In this document: one piece after another, positions 1-10,521 of the stretch
How the letters are laid out: the number at the start of each line of letters is the position of its first letter
Position numbering within the stretch: the first letter of the stretch is position 1
Origin: Octopus sinensis
Lineage: Eukaryota
NCBI RefSeq assembly: GCF_006345805.1
Contig: NC_043006.1
Coordinates: forward strand, 4,774,001 to 4,838,000
Direction of reading: 5' to 3'
DNA length: 64,000 bases
Notes under the pieces: model-generated
The model's database searches: none
Told to the model about the DNA's origin: nothing
The model's input: only the letters and a program-made list of their open reading frames with translations
Position numbers and translations under genes: made by a program

Positions 1-78
1 AAAATGTGGGAGTAGTTAGGAATCTAAATCGTAGGAGACAGACAGCACACAACCTCACTTTTATATATAAAGATTAGA
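1..78 (+). mobile_element. 3' end of a non-autonomous Helitron/Helentron-like (Lep1/DINE-1-like) element, cut by the window edge
   Basis: GACAGACAGCACAC microsatellite followed by CACTTTTATATATAAAGAT; same terminal architecture as the element at 28392-28790 (ACACACAGACAACTTCAGCTTTATATATAA). Confidence 0.35.
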
Positions 79-160
79 ATTTTTCCTAGAAGGAAGGAAC
101 TGACTCTTTACAAAGAAACATAAACCCTATAATTTGAATTTGGATGTCAACAACAATAAT

Positions 161-407
161 TGTTAAATATTGAACTTTACATTTGTTTTTGCTTGGGATT
201 TAAGTTCGTTTCTTTGCAGAATCTAAGCCGGACACTAACAAAGTGGCCAAGCTCTTGATTTAGTCAAGACAGCTCTTGTGGTTCGTCGTTACGTGAACCG
301 GTTGGTGCGTGCATTTGTGTGTATATCTGTGTGCGAACGGATAAACTTGTGCTAATAAAGAGGGCGTGCATATCACTTTACTAGGTAAATGTGTGCGCTT
401 CATTACA
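161..407 (+). mobile_element. Possible LTR-like fragment
   Basis: Begins TGTTA, ends TTACA, AATAAA at 354-359, higher GC than flanks; no target-site duplication found. Confidence 0.2.
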
Positions 408-420
408 GTTTATCTTTGTA

Positions 421-735
421 TATATATAAACTTAGATAAACTTAGATGTGTTTCGACCAAAGATTGGTCCAGGCCATGTCTAACTAAATAGCACCACCTG
501 ATAGGATTATTCGAATCCCGTTTAAGTCAAGTTTTGTTTATGGTCCATTCAAGTAGTGAGTTTTTGTTGGGTGAGTTGCATCCAATTATGGGTGGCTTAT
601 CTGGTATTCTTTGAAGGAATCTATCCAGACTCCATTTAAAGTTGATGGGATCCTTTTCCTCTTTGATCTCTTTCGGGACAATGTTAAATAGGGCAGGGCC
701 TGTTGAGGAAAAGGAATTATGTTGCAGTGTACATG
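421..735 (-). mobile_element. 3' fragment of a CR1-group LINE (third subfamily)
   Basis: Minus-strand translation GPALFNIVPKEIKEEKDPINFKWSLDRFLQRIPDKPP matches the ORF2 C-terminus of the copy at 52840 (GPQLFNILPK...KLDLFLLGVPDEP); ends in the GGTGGTGC..CATGGCC-stem-loop-GAAAC motif and a (TCTAAGTTTA)x2 tail. Confidence 0.7.
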
Positions 736-782
736 TAGGGCAGGGCCTGTTGAGGAAAAGAAATTATGTTGCAGTGTACATG
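689..782. repeat. 47-bp direct tandem duplication
   Basis: TAGGGCAGGGCCTGTTGAGGAAAAG(G/A)AATTATGTTGCAGTGTACATG at 689-735 and 736-782, one mismatch. Confidence 0.9.
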
Positions 783-1184
783 TATATTATATTCATATGT
801 GACTGTGTGCATGTTATTTACCAGGAGTCTCAAATGTATGTATATATATGTATTATGTATACGTTCACATTTGTATGTTTTGTTTTATGCATGTTTTCTC
901 ATGCATATACTTGCATATCGAGACTTGCTCACATATCCTTAAATGATAAACTTCTCGAACGTCTTACAGATTTTTACAGTTCCAGTGATGGCTTGCATCT
1001 GTAGTCTTCAAATCATCTTTCTCCCTTCTGTTTTGAGAATCCTAGTTTCTCAAGATTGGTATTTAGGTAGTGTGTTACATATCTCACTGTTCCAATAATT
1101 ACAGGTATAAACCTGAACTTGTAATCTGGATAGAGTAACATGTATGTTTGTATGTTGTATTTGACTGTTTTGTTTTATGTACTG

Positions 1185-1195
1185 TATATATATAT

Positions 1196-1262
<67 letters not shown>

Positions 1263-1395
1263 TAATATATATAATATTATATCTATATATATATATATAT
1301 TATATCTATATATATATATTATATAATATATATATATATTATATATTATATAATATATAATATATATATATATACATATATATACATATATCTAT
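1185..1395. repeat. Degenerate (TA)n microsatellite
   Basis: Direct reading. Confidence 0.95.
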
Positions 1396-1649
1396 ATGTC
1401 TATATGTGTGTATACATTCTTACTACAAGCTAAATTTTTGCAATATTTCGCAATTAAAACTTGCTTGACTATCTTGAAATTAATTTATTACCCGTGCCTT
1501 TCCTGATTTTGTGAAGTTTAGCTTCTCAACATTGTTTCTGTCTGGACGTAGTGATTTTGATTTTGATTGATTTTGATTTTTCCAGTTTCAGCTTATGAGC
1601 TGTGGCCATGCTGGGGCACCGCCATTTGGTGTTGCTACTTGGTTTCACT

Positions 1650-4604
1650 TCATGAAGGCTTTCTAGCAGCTGCTATTTGGTGCATGAGAGAGTTCGATGC
1701 AGCTGCCCTCATCTGCCCCTCCTGCCGTGAAGTTGGTTCATCTGGGACACCTGACAGGAAGAGATCCAGCTTCATTTTAAGACATCTGTATCCACCCCAT
1801 GCAGGTCTCTCAGGTTCTTCGGAGGATACTGAAGAGCTGTGGGCCTCGGAAGCCCAGGCTATCACAGAATCTTGTCCTACATCTTGATGGCAGTTTGGAG
1901 TCCTAGGCACCACGCAGTGGCGCCCAGTTCTGGCATTTGCGTAACTCTCGATGCCAAAGTTCAGGACACTTCCCTCCAGGATCTTCCAGATGTATATTAT
2001 GGCATATCTTTCCCGCCTACGCTCCAGGGAATATAATTTTAATTTCCTGAGTCTTTCCGTTAGCTTACATTCTGCATAGAGGCTATCTTCTTCGTGTAGC
2101 TACGTTGGATCGCCTCGAGCTCTGTGATCAACTTGACACTGGATGGTGACCATAACTGAGAGCAGTAGTCAAAGTGGCTTAGGACAAGTGTCCTCCAGAG
2201 GACCATCATGGTTTCTTGTTCTCTTGTTCTAAAGGTTCTGAGGATCCATCCGGCCAGTCGTCTACATTTCATTGCCAATTTAGCAACATGTACACGAAAG
2301 GTCGCGTCATCACTCATGTAAATACCTAGGTCACGCACTGATTGTGCCTCTGGGATGCTATTCCTCCGGGTCCAGTGTATTCATTGGATATTGCATTTAG
2401 TTTTGCATGCTGATAGTATAGAGCTTGAAACTTTTCAGCATTGAACTGCATGCTATTCTTTTCGGCCCACTTGTATATGTTGTCTAGCTCACATTACAGG
2501 TGTTTAGTGTCCTCAGGGTTCTGTATTGCCTGTGAAACTTTTGTATCATCTGCATAACTTGTGATCGTGGCTCTCTGCATGGCTGAGGGCATGTCTGAGA
2601 GGGCCATTATGAACAGTAGTGGTCCCAGAACAGTGCCCTGCGGAACACCGCTCACTATTTGCGTGTTAATGCAAATGGCCCCATTGGCCACTACCACCTG
2701 ACTTCTATCTTTCAGAAAGTCATGAAGCCATTCTCCCAGTTTTCCAACTATGTTGAGATCACGCAGTTTGTGACATATCATTCCATGATCGACTTTATCA
2801 AAGGCCTTTGCAAAGTCGAGATATATGACTTCCACATTTGAGTGGTTGAGCAGCCGTTTCAGCACCCAGTCATAGTGTTGTAGGAGCTGAGTTAAACAGC
2901 TTCTCCCTGGTCGGAAACCATGTTGGGTGTCGGGCAGCAAGTCATTTTCTTCAAGGAAGGTGATCAGCTTCCTTCTGACTATTCGTTCCATGACCTTGCT
3001 GATGTGTGAGGTCAGAGAGATAGGTCTATAGTTCTTGGCTTCCGCTCTGCTACCTCCTTTATGAATGGGGCATATTTTACCTTCCTTCAGTTTTCTTGGA
3101 AGTTTGCCAGCTGCAAGGAAGCTCTGAAAGAGGAACTGCAGTGGTCTTGCTAGGACTCTCTTACATGCTTTTAGGAGGATTGCCGGGAATCCATCGGGGC
3201 CAGTAGCTGAGTCTGTTTTCATTTCATCTATAGCCTTGATTACATCGTCTTCCTTTATATCGATGTAATCTATCGTCGCCGCCTCTGATTTTATATCTGC
3301 AGTGGTAAAAAAGTCAGTTGGATTGGTGATTTGGAGATGCCCAAGGGGTGGAGTGAAAATACTCTTGAATTGCTCATTCAGTATTTCACTTACCCTCATT
3401 GGTTTTCCTGTAAGTGTGCCATCCTTTTCGAGGAGTGGCCCTATTCTACAGTGCACCGTAGCTGTTTCTTTGGCATACCTGTAGAAAGCTCTGGGGTTAG
3501 ATTTTATGTTGTCTATAGCCCAGGCTTCTTTGTCTGCTCTTTCCTTTTCATGGGAGAGTTTCAGACATTTTTCAATTTCCAACAGTTTTATTTTTAGGCG
3601 GGACTTTTCACTGCTTTCAATCTGTTTGTTTAGGCGATTTGAAAATTTTGTACGCCGTCTCATTAGAATGTTCCTCTCTCTGGGGATTTTGTTCTTGTGT
3701 ACAGTGGCCTTTCTCTCTGGGACATATTTGTAGCATATGGCTTGCATTACAGACATGAATTGTTGAAGTTTCACGTCGATGTCTGGCGAGGAGAGACATT
3801 TAGGCCAGTTTTGTTTGAGGATCTCTTTCTCAATTTGTTTCCAGTTTGCCTTATGGTAGTTCAAGCTGGAAAGATTCTGGGGGTTTCTTGTAGGCTGCAT
3901 GTCCGTGCTCTCTTTTGGCCCGTACATGGTCAGCTCTATCATGTTGTGATCCGAGAGTAGTGTCGGTGTCACTTTCACATTATGGATGAGATCCATGTCA
4001 TTTGTGAAGCAGAGATCCAGTGTGTTACCTGCCCTGGTTGGTTGGAGTATTACCTGCTCCATGTACAGGGTGTTGATGAAGTTCAGGAGGGACCTCGCCT
4101 GTCCTCGTTCACATCTTGTCATTCCCGGGAGAGAAAGGCCCTCGGGCCATCTGACATTGGCAGATTGAAGTCTCCCATAAGAAGTACACTTATGTGTTGT
4201 TCTAATGTGGTTAGAACTTCTTCTATTTTTATAAGGCAGTCTTCAAACTTGCCCACATGGCTTGGGGCATCTGGAGGGCGGTATGTAGCACACACAACTA
4301 CATCAAGTTGCCTAATATGTACAATTAGTGTGTCACACACCGAGTGTGAGTATGACAGGAGGACCTGGGGTGTGAGGTCCTCACGGATGTACATAGCAAC
4401 ACCTCCATGACTCCTTTCTTTCCTGTCGGTCCGTAGTACAGCATACTGTGGTATGTGTAACTCCGCATCTGCTATATCCGGTTTCAGGTGCGTTTCCGTT
4501 AGTGCTATGCATAAGGCTTGATTGCATGCAACAAAATCTCCCAGGAACGGGATTTTTGTCCTGTTACTGAGTGTTTGCAGTCCTCTGATGTTCAGTAGGA
4601 GCAT
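1650..4604 (-). pseudogene. LINE ORF2 (APE endonuclease + reverse transcriptase), disrupted
   Basis: EN motifs LLNIRG, LTETHL, YRPP, MGDFN, TLDLCF; RT motifs [41 protein letters not shown]. Spread over track ORFs 4119-4691, 2494-4122, 2060-2338 and 1650-1913; -1 frameshifts near 4157, 2356, 2058, 1893, 1821 and 1778, and TAA for CAA at 2494-2496. Confidence 0.93.
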
Positions 4605-5322
4605 CGAGGTGAGGTGTATGTTGTTGCCGGTGGTGTCCATCCTGGGTCTGTTTGCTGTGGTGGTGGTCTGGTATATAGTGGGTAGTCCCACCTGCGGGCT
4701 GGGTTTGATGAAGCCAGGTCAGCTGCTGTACAATCTTTTGTGCCATGCACAAAAAAGATTGTTGCTCAGCAGCTGCCCTTTCGACAACATCATGTTGGTG
4801 GTTTGTGGCACGCACAACATCTGCGTACCTCCGCTTTGGGGCAAGTGGTGCGTGGTCCATCCCTTTTCCTTGTGTTGATGGTTTGTCCATCTGCCTCGTG
4901 TCTCTGTGGCAGGGTCCCCAATGTGCAAAGCGGCAGCCTGCACCTTCCTTTCCATGCCAGCAGGAACCTCTCAGGTAGAACCTACACACCTGTGTGCGCT
5001 GTCCGTTTCCATCTTTTGCGGTTCCACTTCTATTCCTGGTTTTTTCACCCTTTGGTCCTGCTTGAGCTTTTCCTTTAGCTCTACCAGCCCTTCTTTTAGT
5101 TCTTCCTCCTCCCTCTACCTCTTCACCGGGTTCTCCGTCTCCATGGCCTTTGCTGCCGGTTGGAGAACTTGCACCTGGGTTCACTTCCCGGGCAGGTTTC
5201 TCATTCAAAACCTCCTCCCGGGCATCCACCAGGTGGGGGTGACTTCTTTCATCGTCTCCATTCTTGTCATCTTTGCCTCGCTCGTTCTCAAAGATGGCAT
5301 CAAGTGCGCCAATGTGAAAAAG
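4564..5322 (-). CDS. LINE ORF1 (basic, low-complexity protein with a CCCH zinc finger)
   Basis: Open frame from 5322 to the stop at 4564 (track starts at GTG 5229); contains CRFYLRGSCWHGKEGAGCRFAH (C-x7-C-x8-C-x3-H) and lies upstream of ORF2. True start uncertain. Confidence 0.7.
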   Translation of the reverse strand, partial: LFHIGALDAIFENERGKDDKNGDDERSHPHLVDAREEVLNEKPAREVNPGASSPTGSKGHGDGEPGEEVEGGGRTKRRAGRAKGKAQAGPKGEKTRNRSGTAKDGNGQRTQVCRFYLRGSCWHGKEGAGCRFAHWGPCHRDTRQMDKPSTQGKGMDHAPLAPKRRYADVVRATNHQHDVVERAAAEQQSFLCMAQKIVQQLTWLHQTQPAGGTTHYIPDHHHSKQTQDGHHRQQHTPHLDAPTEHQRTANTQ

Positions 5323-5324
5323 TT

Positions 5325-5747
5325 AAAGTGTGGGTAAAAACGTTATTTAATCTTAAGGCTAATTAGAGGATAGAGTATCTGAAAATATGTTAACAATATT
5401 ACAATTATATTAAAGTGTGGGTAATAATCGTTATTTAATCTTGAGGCTAATTAGAAGGTAGAGCATCCAAAAATATATTAAAGTGTGGGTGAAACGTTAT
5501 TTAATCTTAAGGCTAATTAGAGGATAGAGTATCTGAAAATATATTAACAAATATTTAAAATGTGGGTAAAAAGGCTAATTAGAAAGATATTAGAGTGTGG
5601 GTAAAAAATTAGATGTTAAAGTGTGGGTAATAAACGTTGTTTATTCTTAGGCTAATTAGAAGATAGAGTATCTGAAAAATTATTAACAATAAACAGTATT
5701 AAACGTTATTTAATCTTAAGGCTAATTAGAAGATGGAGTATCTGAAA
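5325..5747 (-). repeat. Modular tandem array forming the LINE 5' end
   Basis: AAAGTGTGGGT module at 5325, 5412, 5480, 5557, 5592 and 5618; CGTTATTTAATCTTAAGGCTAATTAGA and GATAGAGTATCTGAAAA modules recur in variable combinations. Confidence 0.9.
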
Positions 5748-6438
5748 GAGGTAAGAAAGAGGGGAAAGATTAGTTATCTATATAAAGTTCGTGAAAGTTC
5801 ACGTCCATGCATATATACGCATACATATATACATACACGCACACACACATACATACACGTGCACACACATACACATATACACAGACGGGGAGAGAAGGAA
5901 GGTGGAAAAAAAGAAAGAAAATGAGTGAAAATATATTAAAATATATATATATTTTAAAGTGTGAAGAAAGGGTTATTAAATTTTGAAGCCAAGTTCGAGA
6001 CAGTTATTGAAATGTAAACAAAAAAAAAAAAAAAAAAAAAAAAATAGCGATCGTAGACTTTAACGGAGATGTGGGCTTAGGTTATATAAAATAGGATAAT
6101 AAACAAAATATGAAATAGAAGATGAAAGTGATACTTAATCCAACGATGTGGTCTGGATTTTTCGTGGTTATTTTCCAGGAGATGTTTCTTTTTCCTTCTA
6201 CAGTGGATTTTTTTTTTTCACCATGTGCGTTTTCGGTCAAAAGAAAAATTTTTTACTGTGTTTGGCTTCAGGCAAAATATATTACGTTTTTGATTAATAT
6301 ATTTGTAGCCGAAGTGTTGTAGTGGGCTTTATGAGTTGAATTTATGACTTTCAGTAGATTATTTCACCGATTTATGTACACTTTCTGCTTTTTAAACAGA
6401 GCAAAGACGATACACGACTCTCCCTGTCGGATCCGAAA

Positions 6439-6550
6439 ATACGTATATCTGCAGATACGTATATCTGCAGATACGTATATCTGCAGATACGTATATCTGC
6501 AGATACGTATATCTGCAAAATACGTATATCTGCAAATAGTATCTGCAGAT
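6439..6550. repeat. 16-bp minisatellite (ATACGTATATCTGCAG) x about 6.5
   Basis: Units at 6439, 6455, 6471, 6487, 6503 and 6520, plus a partial unit. Confidence 0.95.
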
Positions 6551-6970
6551 TTTTTTTTATTAATTCCGTAGTTTTGTCAGTGAACAGGTCGCGGTCTCAA
6601 AGCGACGAAAACATTTTGACAAATTAAATTTAAATGTTGAAGTGAATCTAACGGTTTTTGTATTTTTCTTAAATAGCTTATAAACACCTTTCACGCTGCA
6701 ATTGCTTCCGTTCCAGCGCACGATCTCAGATCAGGTCACTTGCTATGCAAGTACCTCTCCGTAATTCCGTATAAATGTTTTCTTTTTATTTTATTTTAAA
6801 CATTCAGTCAACGTCTCTTTGACAACATTTCTGTTAATGTGCATATTTTCGTCTATTTGTCCTAGCACATTATTTCTGGTCTGTTACCCCTTTTACTGAG
6901 GTTTTTGATAGCAATATTGAATCAGTATTCTTTCATATTACGGCTAAATATACCCTCTACCTCACTGTCA

Positions 6971-6973
<3 letters not shown>

Positions 6974-7011
<38 letters not shown>

Positions 7012-7036
7012 ATGTATGTATGTATGTATGTATGTA
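6974..7036. repeat. (GTCT)n(GTAT)n compound microsatellite
   Basis: Direct reading. Confidence 0.95.
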
Positions 7037-7153
7037 GCAGTAAGTGTAGATAATTTCGAAGTATATAGATATGCATATAAATACATTTAATAATGATACA
7101 AATTTAATGTCATTTTTATTCATATTACTGTTTAATTCTATATAGTATAACAA

Positions 7154-7201
<48 letters not shown>

Positions 7202-7202
7202 A
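7154..7202. repeat. (TAG)n microsatellite
   Basis: Direct reading. Confidence 0.95.
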
Positions 7203-7829
7203 AGTGGGAGCTGTGACTTTAGGTGTTTAGCATGAATTATGTGAAAGTCTTGAACACAAAGAAAAATAGACTACTTGTTATGGCAAGATGATTAAACCGA
7301 GAAAACAACAGATTCCGTGAAATAGCAGAGTACATTATTGGTGTAGATGATAATTTAGTAACTACAAAGAATAAAAAATACAATAAAATGCAATGGTGCG
7401 GGACAAGCAAAGTTATCTTAAAAAGGTGAGGAGAGGTGATGATGTTATCCACTAGCTGGCTTAATCAGATTGATCCAGCTATTGTATATCACCAACCGAA
7501 TGTTGGTGGAAAGAGATCTCCAAGAACAATATACGCATTGTTTCCTATACAGGAGTATAACGGAGAGACTGAACGTGCACCAGTGAGAATATAGTGACAA
7601 GAAACAGTCCTCCGTACTCTGTCAGCATATGGCGGCATACTGGGCCGGTCAGTGTGGACAAGCGATTGCTATTATTTTGAAATCCAGGCAAAAATTCCTC
7701 ATTGAACTATCATAAGATTACAATTGTCATGACTACTGAAAATTCCTGCTCATCTTCTGAGTTTGCGCGTAGGAAGTTTGCTACGTTGGCAAATTTGCGA
7801 GCATCTTATTTCTATAAACACGCACCCGT

Positions 7830-7831
<2 letters not shown>

Positions 7832-7918
<87 letters not shown>
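7832..7918. repeat. (AC)n microsatellite
   Basis: Direct reading. Confidence 0.95.
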
Positions 7919-7919
<1 letters not shown>

Positions 7920-7990
7920 TATACGTACATTAGATGGCATGTGTATAGATATATATGTTCACACGCGGGGATGTACTTGCTTTAACACAC

Positions 7991-8412
7991 TCTTACTCTC
8001 TTTTTTTACTCTTTTACTTGTTTCAGTCATTTGACTGCGGCCATGCTGGAGCACCGCCTTTAATCGAGCAACTCGACCCCGGGACTTATTCTTTTGTAAG
8101 CCCAGTACTTATTCTATCGGTCTCTTTTGCCGAACCGCTAATGAACGGGGACATAAACACACCAGCATCGGTTGTCAAGCAATGGTGGGGGGACAAACAC
8201 AGACACACAAACATATACACAAACACACACACGCATATATATATACATATATACGACGGGCTTCTTTCAGTTTCTGTCTACCAAATCCACTCACAAGGCT
8301 TTGGTCGGCCCGAGGCTATAGTAAAAGACACTTGCCCAAGGTGCCACGCAGTGGGACTGAACCCGGAACCATGTGGTTGGTAAACAAGCTACTTACCACA
8401 CAGCCACTCCTG
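7991..8412 (-). mobile_element. tRNA-derived SINE, family A
   Basis: Minus strand: tRNA-like head (GGAGTGGCTGTGTGGT...GGGTTCAGTCCC), internal AC/TA repeat, 3' GGCGGTGCTCCAGCATGGCCGCAGTCAAATGACTGAAAC and (GAGTAAAA)n tail; multiple copies in the window. Confidence 0.9.
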
Positions 8413-8414
8413 TA

Positions 8415-8479
<65 letters not shown>

Positions 8480-8560
8480 CAAAGTGGAGTTGTAAGGTAC
8501 CGCACGAGTGGAATTATATAAGAAAGAAGGTTTGAAAGTGCAATTTTAAAAGATGTTTAT

Positions 8561-8605
8561 TTACTTTACCGGTTTCACTCTTTAGAAAAAGATTGTCAAA
8601 AGTAA
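8561..8605 (-). ncRNA. Hammerhead-ribozyme-like motif (mirror copy of 9101-9145)
   Basis: Reverse complement of the 9101-9145 motif within the left arm of the palindrome. Confidence 0.45.
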
Positions 8606-9100
8606 CATGTAAAAGTTTGGTTGTGTTAATTATTGGTTGCCACAAATTGCTACAATATATATATATACAGTTTTTGGTAACAAGGACATGTTAAGGACAC
8701 AAAAATGTTTAACAAGTTCATGAAAATATTGGGCACAAAAGATTCCAGCATCAATATACATTCTCAAGAAAATGTTAAAGATAGTTTCCAGAAGGAATTA
8801 TTAAAAAGTTCAGTGGAATATTGGTATTGTATCTGTATATTCAGATCTGTATATATTGTATCTGAATATACAGATACAATACCAATATTCCACTGAACTT
8901 TTTAATAATTCCTTCTGGAAACTATCTTTAACATTTTCTTGAGAATGTATATTGATGCTGGAATCTTTTGTGCCCAATATTTTCATGAACTTGTTAAACA
9001 TTTTTATGTCCTTAACATGTCCTTGTTACCAAAAACTGTATATATATATATTGTAGCAATTTGTGGCAACCAATAATTAACACAACCAAACTTTTACATG

Positions 9101-9145
9101 TTACTTTTGACAATCTTTTTCTAAAGAGTGAAACCGGTAAAGTAA
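9101..9145 (+). ncRNA. Minimal type I hammerhead-ribozyme-like motif, U3-A8 core
   Basis: TTACTT|TTGACAA|TCTTT-TTCT-AAAGA-GT|GAAA|CCGGT|A|AAGTAA: 6-bp helix I, palindromic helix III ACCGGT, GUA triplet; helix II junction imperfect. Confidence 0.45.
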
Positions 9146-9184
9146 ATAAACATCTTTTAAAATTGCACTTTCAAACCTTCTTTC

Positions 9185-9240
<56 letters not shown>

Positions 9241-9245
<5 letters not shown>

Positions 9246-9547
9246 ATCACGTGATCACGTGACCGACCAGACCATCAGATGTTGTTACACATCGCTGGTC
9301 ACAATGCGTTCGCATTGTTTTAGCCTTCGAATGACGCCACCCCGCTGGCTAAGCGAGTAGGCCAACAGAAGAAAGAGTGATAGTATGGTGAAAGAGTACA
9401 GCAGGGATCACCACCCCCTGCCGGAGCCTCGTGGAGCTTTTTAGGAGTTTTCGCTCAATAAACACTCACAACGCCCGGTCTAGGAATCGAAACCGCAATC
9501 CCACGACCGCGAGTCCGCTGCCCTAACCACTGGGCCATTGCGCCTCC

Positions 9548-9548
<1 letters not shown>
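9241..9548 (-). mobile_element. tRNA-derived SINE, family C (tail type 1)
   Basis: Head GGAGGCGCAATGGCCCAGTGG (A box)...GGTTTCGATTCC (B box), tRNA-Arg-like; tail ...CATCTGATGGTCTGGTCGGTCACGTGATCACGTGAT; both flanks (TA)n. Confidence 0.88.
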
Positions 9549-9616
<68 letters not shown>

Positions 9617-9711
9617 ATCGCATTACAGTAAAATGTTTGAGCGACACGTCTCCCATTTATACTAGGCTTGGGTAGAATTCACAAGCACCCGAATGCACAC
9701 AATATACACAC

Positions 9712-10521
9712 AGCTGCATAGACATCCATGTGTTATTAGTAGGGAATATAAAGAATTGGAGTGTGGAGAAATAGCAGGAGAGAAGCAAAAGCGGGAAGAG
9801 AGGGGAAATGGTGGGAGAAAGACTGGAAGGGGAAAGGGAGGGTGAGGAATAGATAAAAAAAAGCAGGAGAGCGAAGGGGAAGGGGAGAGACAAGAGAAGA
9901 AAAGAGAGAAAAAGAGGCCAAGAATAAAGGAAAGATAAAATATGAAAGGAAAGAGATGGAGAAAAGAGAGGACAAAGTGGAAGGAAGGAGGGAGAAGAGA
10001 CACGAGTGGGAGAGAAAAGGAATTGGACGTAGAAACTGAAATACATGTGAGGAAATATACAGTGGGGGCTTTAATATAAAAAGCATCTAGAAAGAGCGAG
10101 AGGCATATGCGTTTTAATATTAAGACAGAGATTGTCACCCCCGGTATACACGAGAGGAAATTTAGTCTCAGTCACTAAGCGCGCCCCCATAATCCACATA
10201 CGACCCTTACCCTTTCTAGATTTTTGTATGGTATTGACTCTCATCATATGTTTCTTGACCTCTGTTTCGTTTTTTCGCCCAATTCCTCTTTTCTCTTCCT
10301 TCCCCTCTCCTTTTTACTATTCCCCCTTCTCTTTTTCCGTCTTTTCATGGTTTCTTCTCTATTTTTTCTCTCTCCTTTGCTCCCTCTCGAGATCCCTTTC
10401 CTCTGACTCTCCCTCTCTCACTCACCCTCTCAACCTCTTTTCACTTCTCTCTCCACTCTCTACCCTGTCCATCTCTCTGCCTCTTCAACTCCTCATATTC
10501 CACATATGTATGGCTGCGTGC
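9712..10521. repeat. Degenerate inverted arrangement of a GA-rich and a CT-rich tract (possible old fold-back element)
   Basis: Purine tract about 9760-10025 and pyrimidine tract about 10280-10500; short mirror matches AGGAATTGG/CCAATTCCT, ATCTAGAAAG/CTTTCTAGAT and GCTGCATAGACATCCATGTG/CACATATGTATGGCTGC, centred near 10142. Confidence 0.4.

Larger units (their letters stand above)
1553..5747 (-). mobile_element. Near full-length non-LTR retrotransposon, CR1/L2 group
   Basis: 5' tandem repeats, ORF1 with a CCCH finger, ORF2 with APE endonuclease and RT, and a 3' UTR ending in stem-loop plus (ATCAAA)n tail at 1553-1580. No TSD identified. Confidence 0.92.
8522..9184. repeat. Long near-perfect inverted repeat (325-bp arms, 13-bp spacer)
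   Basis: 8522-8846 is the reverse complement of 8860-9184 with one mismatch seen (GGACACAAAA vs GGACATAAAA); the track shows mirror ORFs 8705-8896(+) and 8810-9001(-). Confidence 0.95.

Noticed and set aside
1148-1360. YI/HT/CV/YLSI-repeat ORFs throughout the track (e.g. 1148, 7702, 24245-24679, 33871-34266, 45185, 47846, 53747, 54498-55352)
   Set aside because: Translations of (TA)n, (CA)n and (TATC)n microsatellites; no coding signal.
2659-5366. Plus-strand ORFs overlapping the LINE
   Set aside because: Antisense shadows of ORF1/ORF2 with no independent motifs.
8705-9001. Two near-identical 63-aa ORFs on opposite strands
   Set aside because: A by-product of the palindrome; no recognisable protein.
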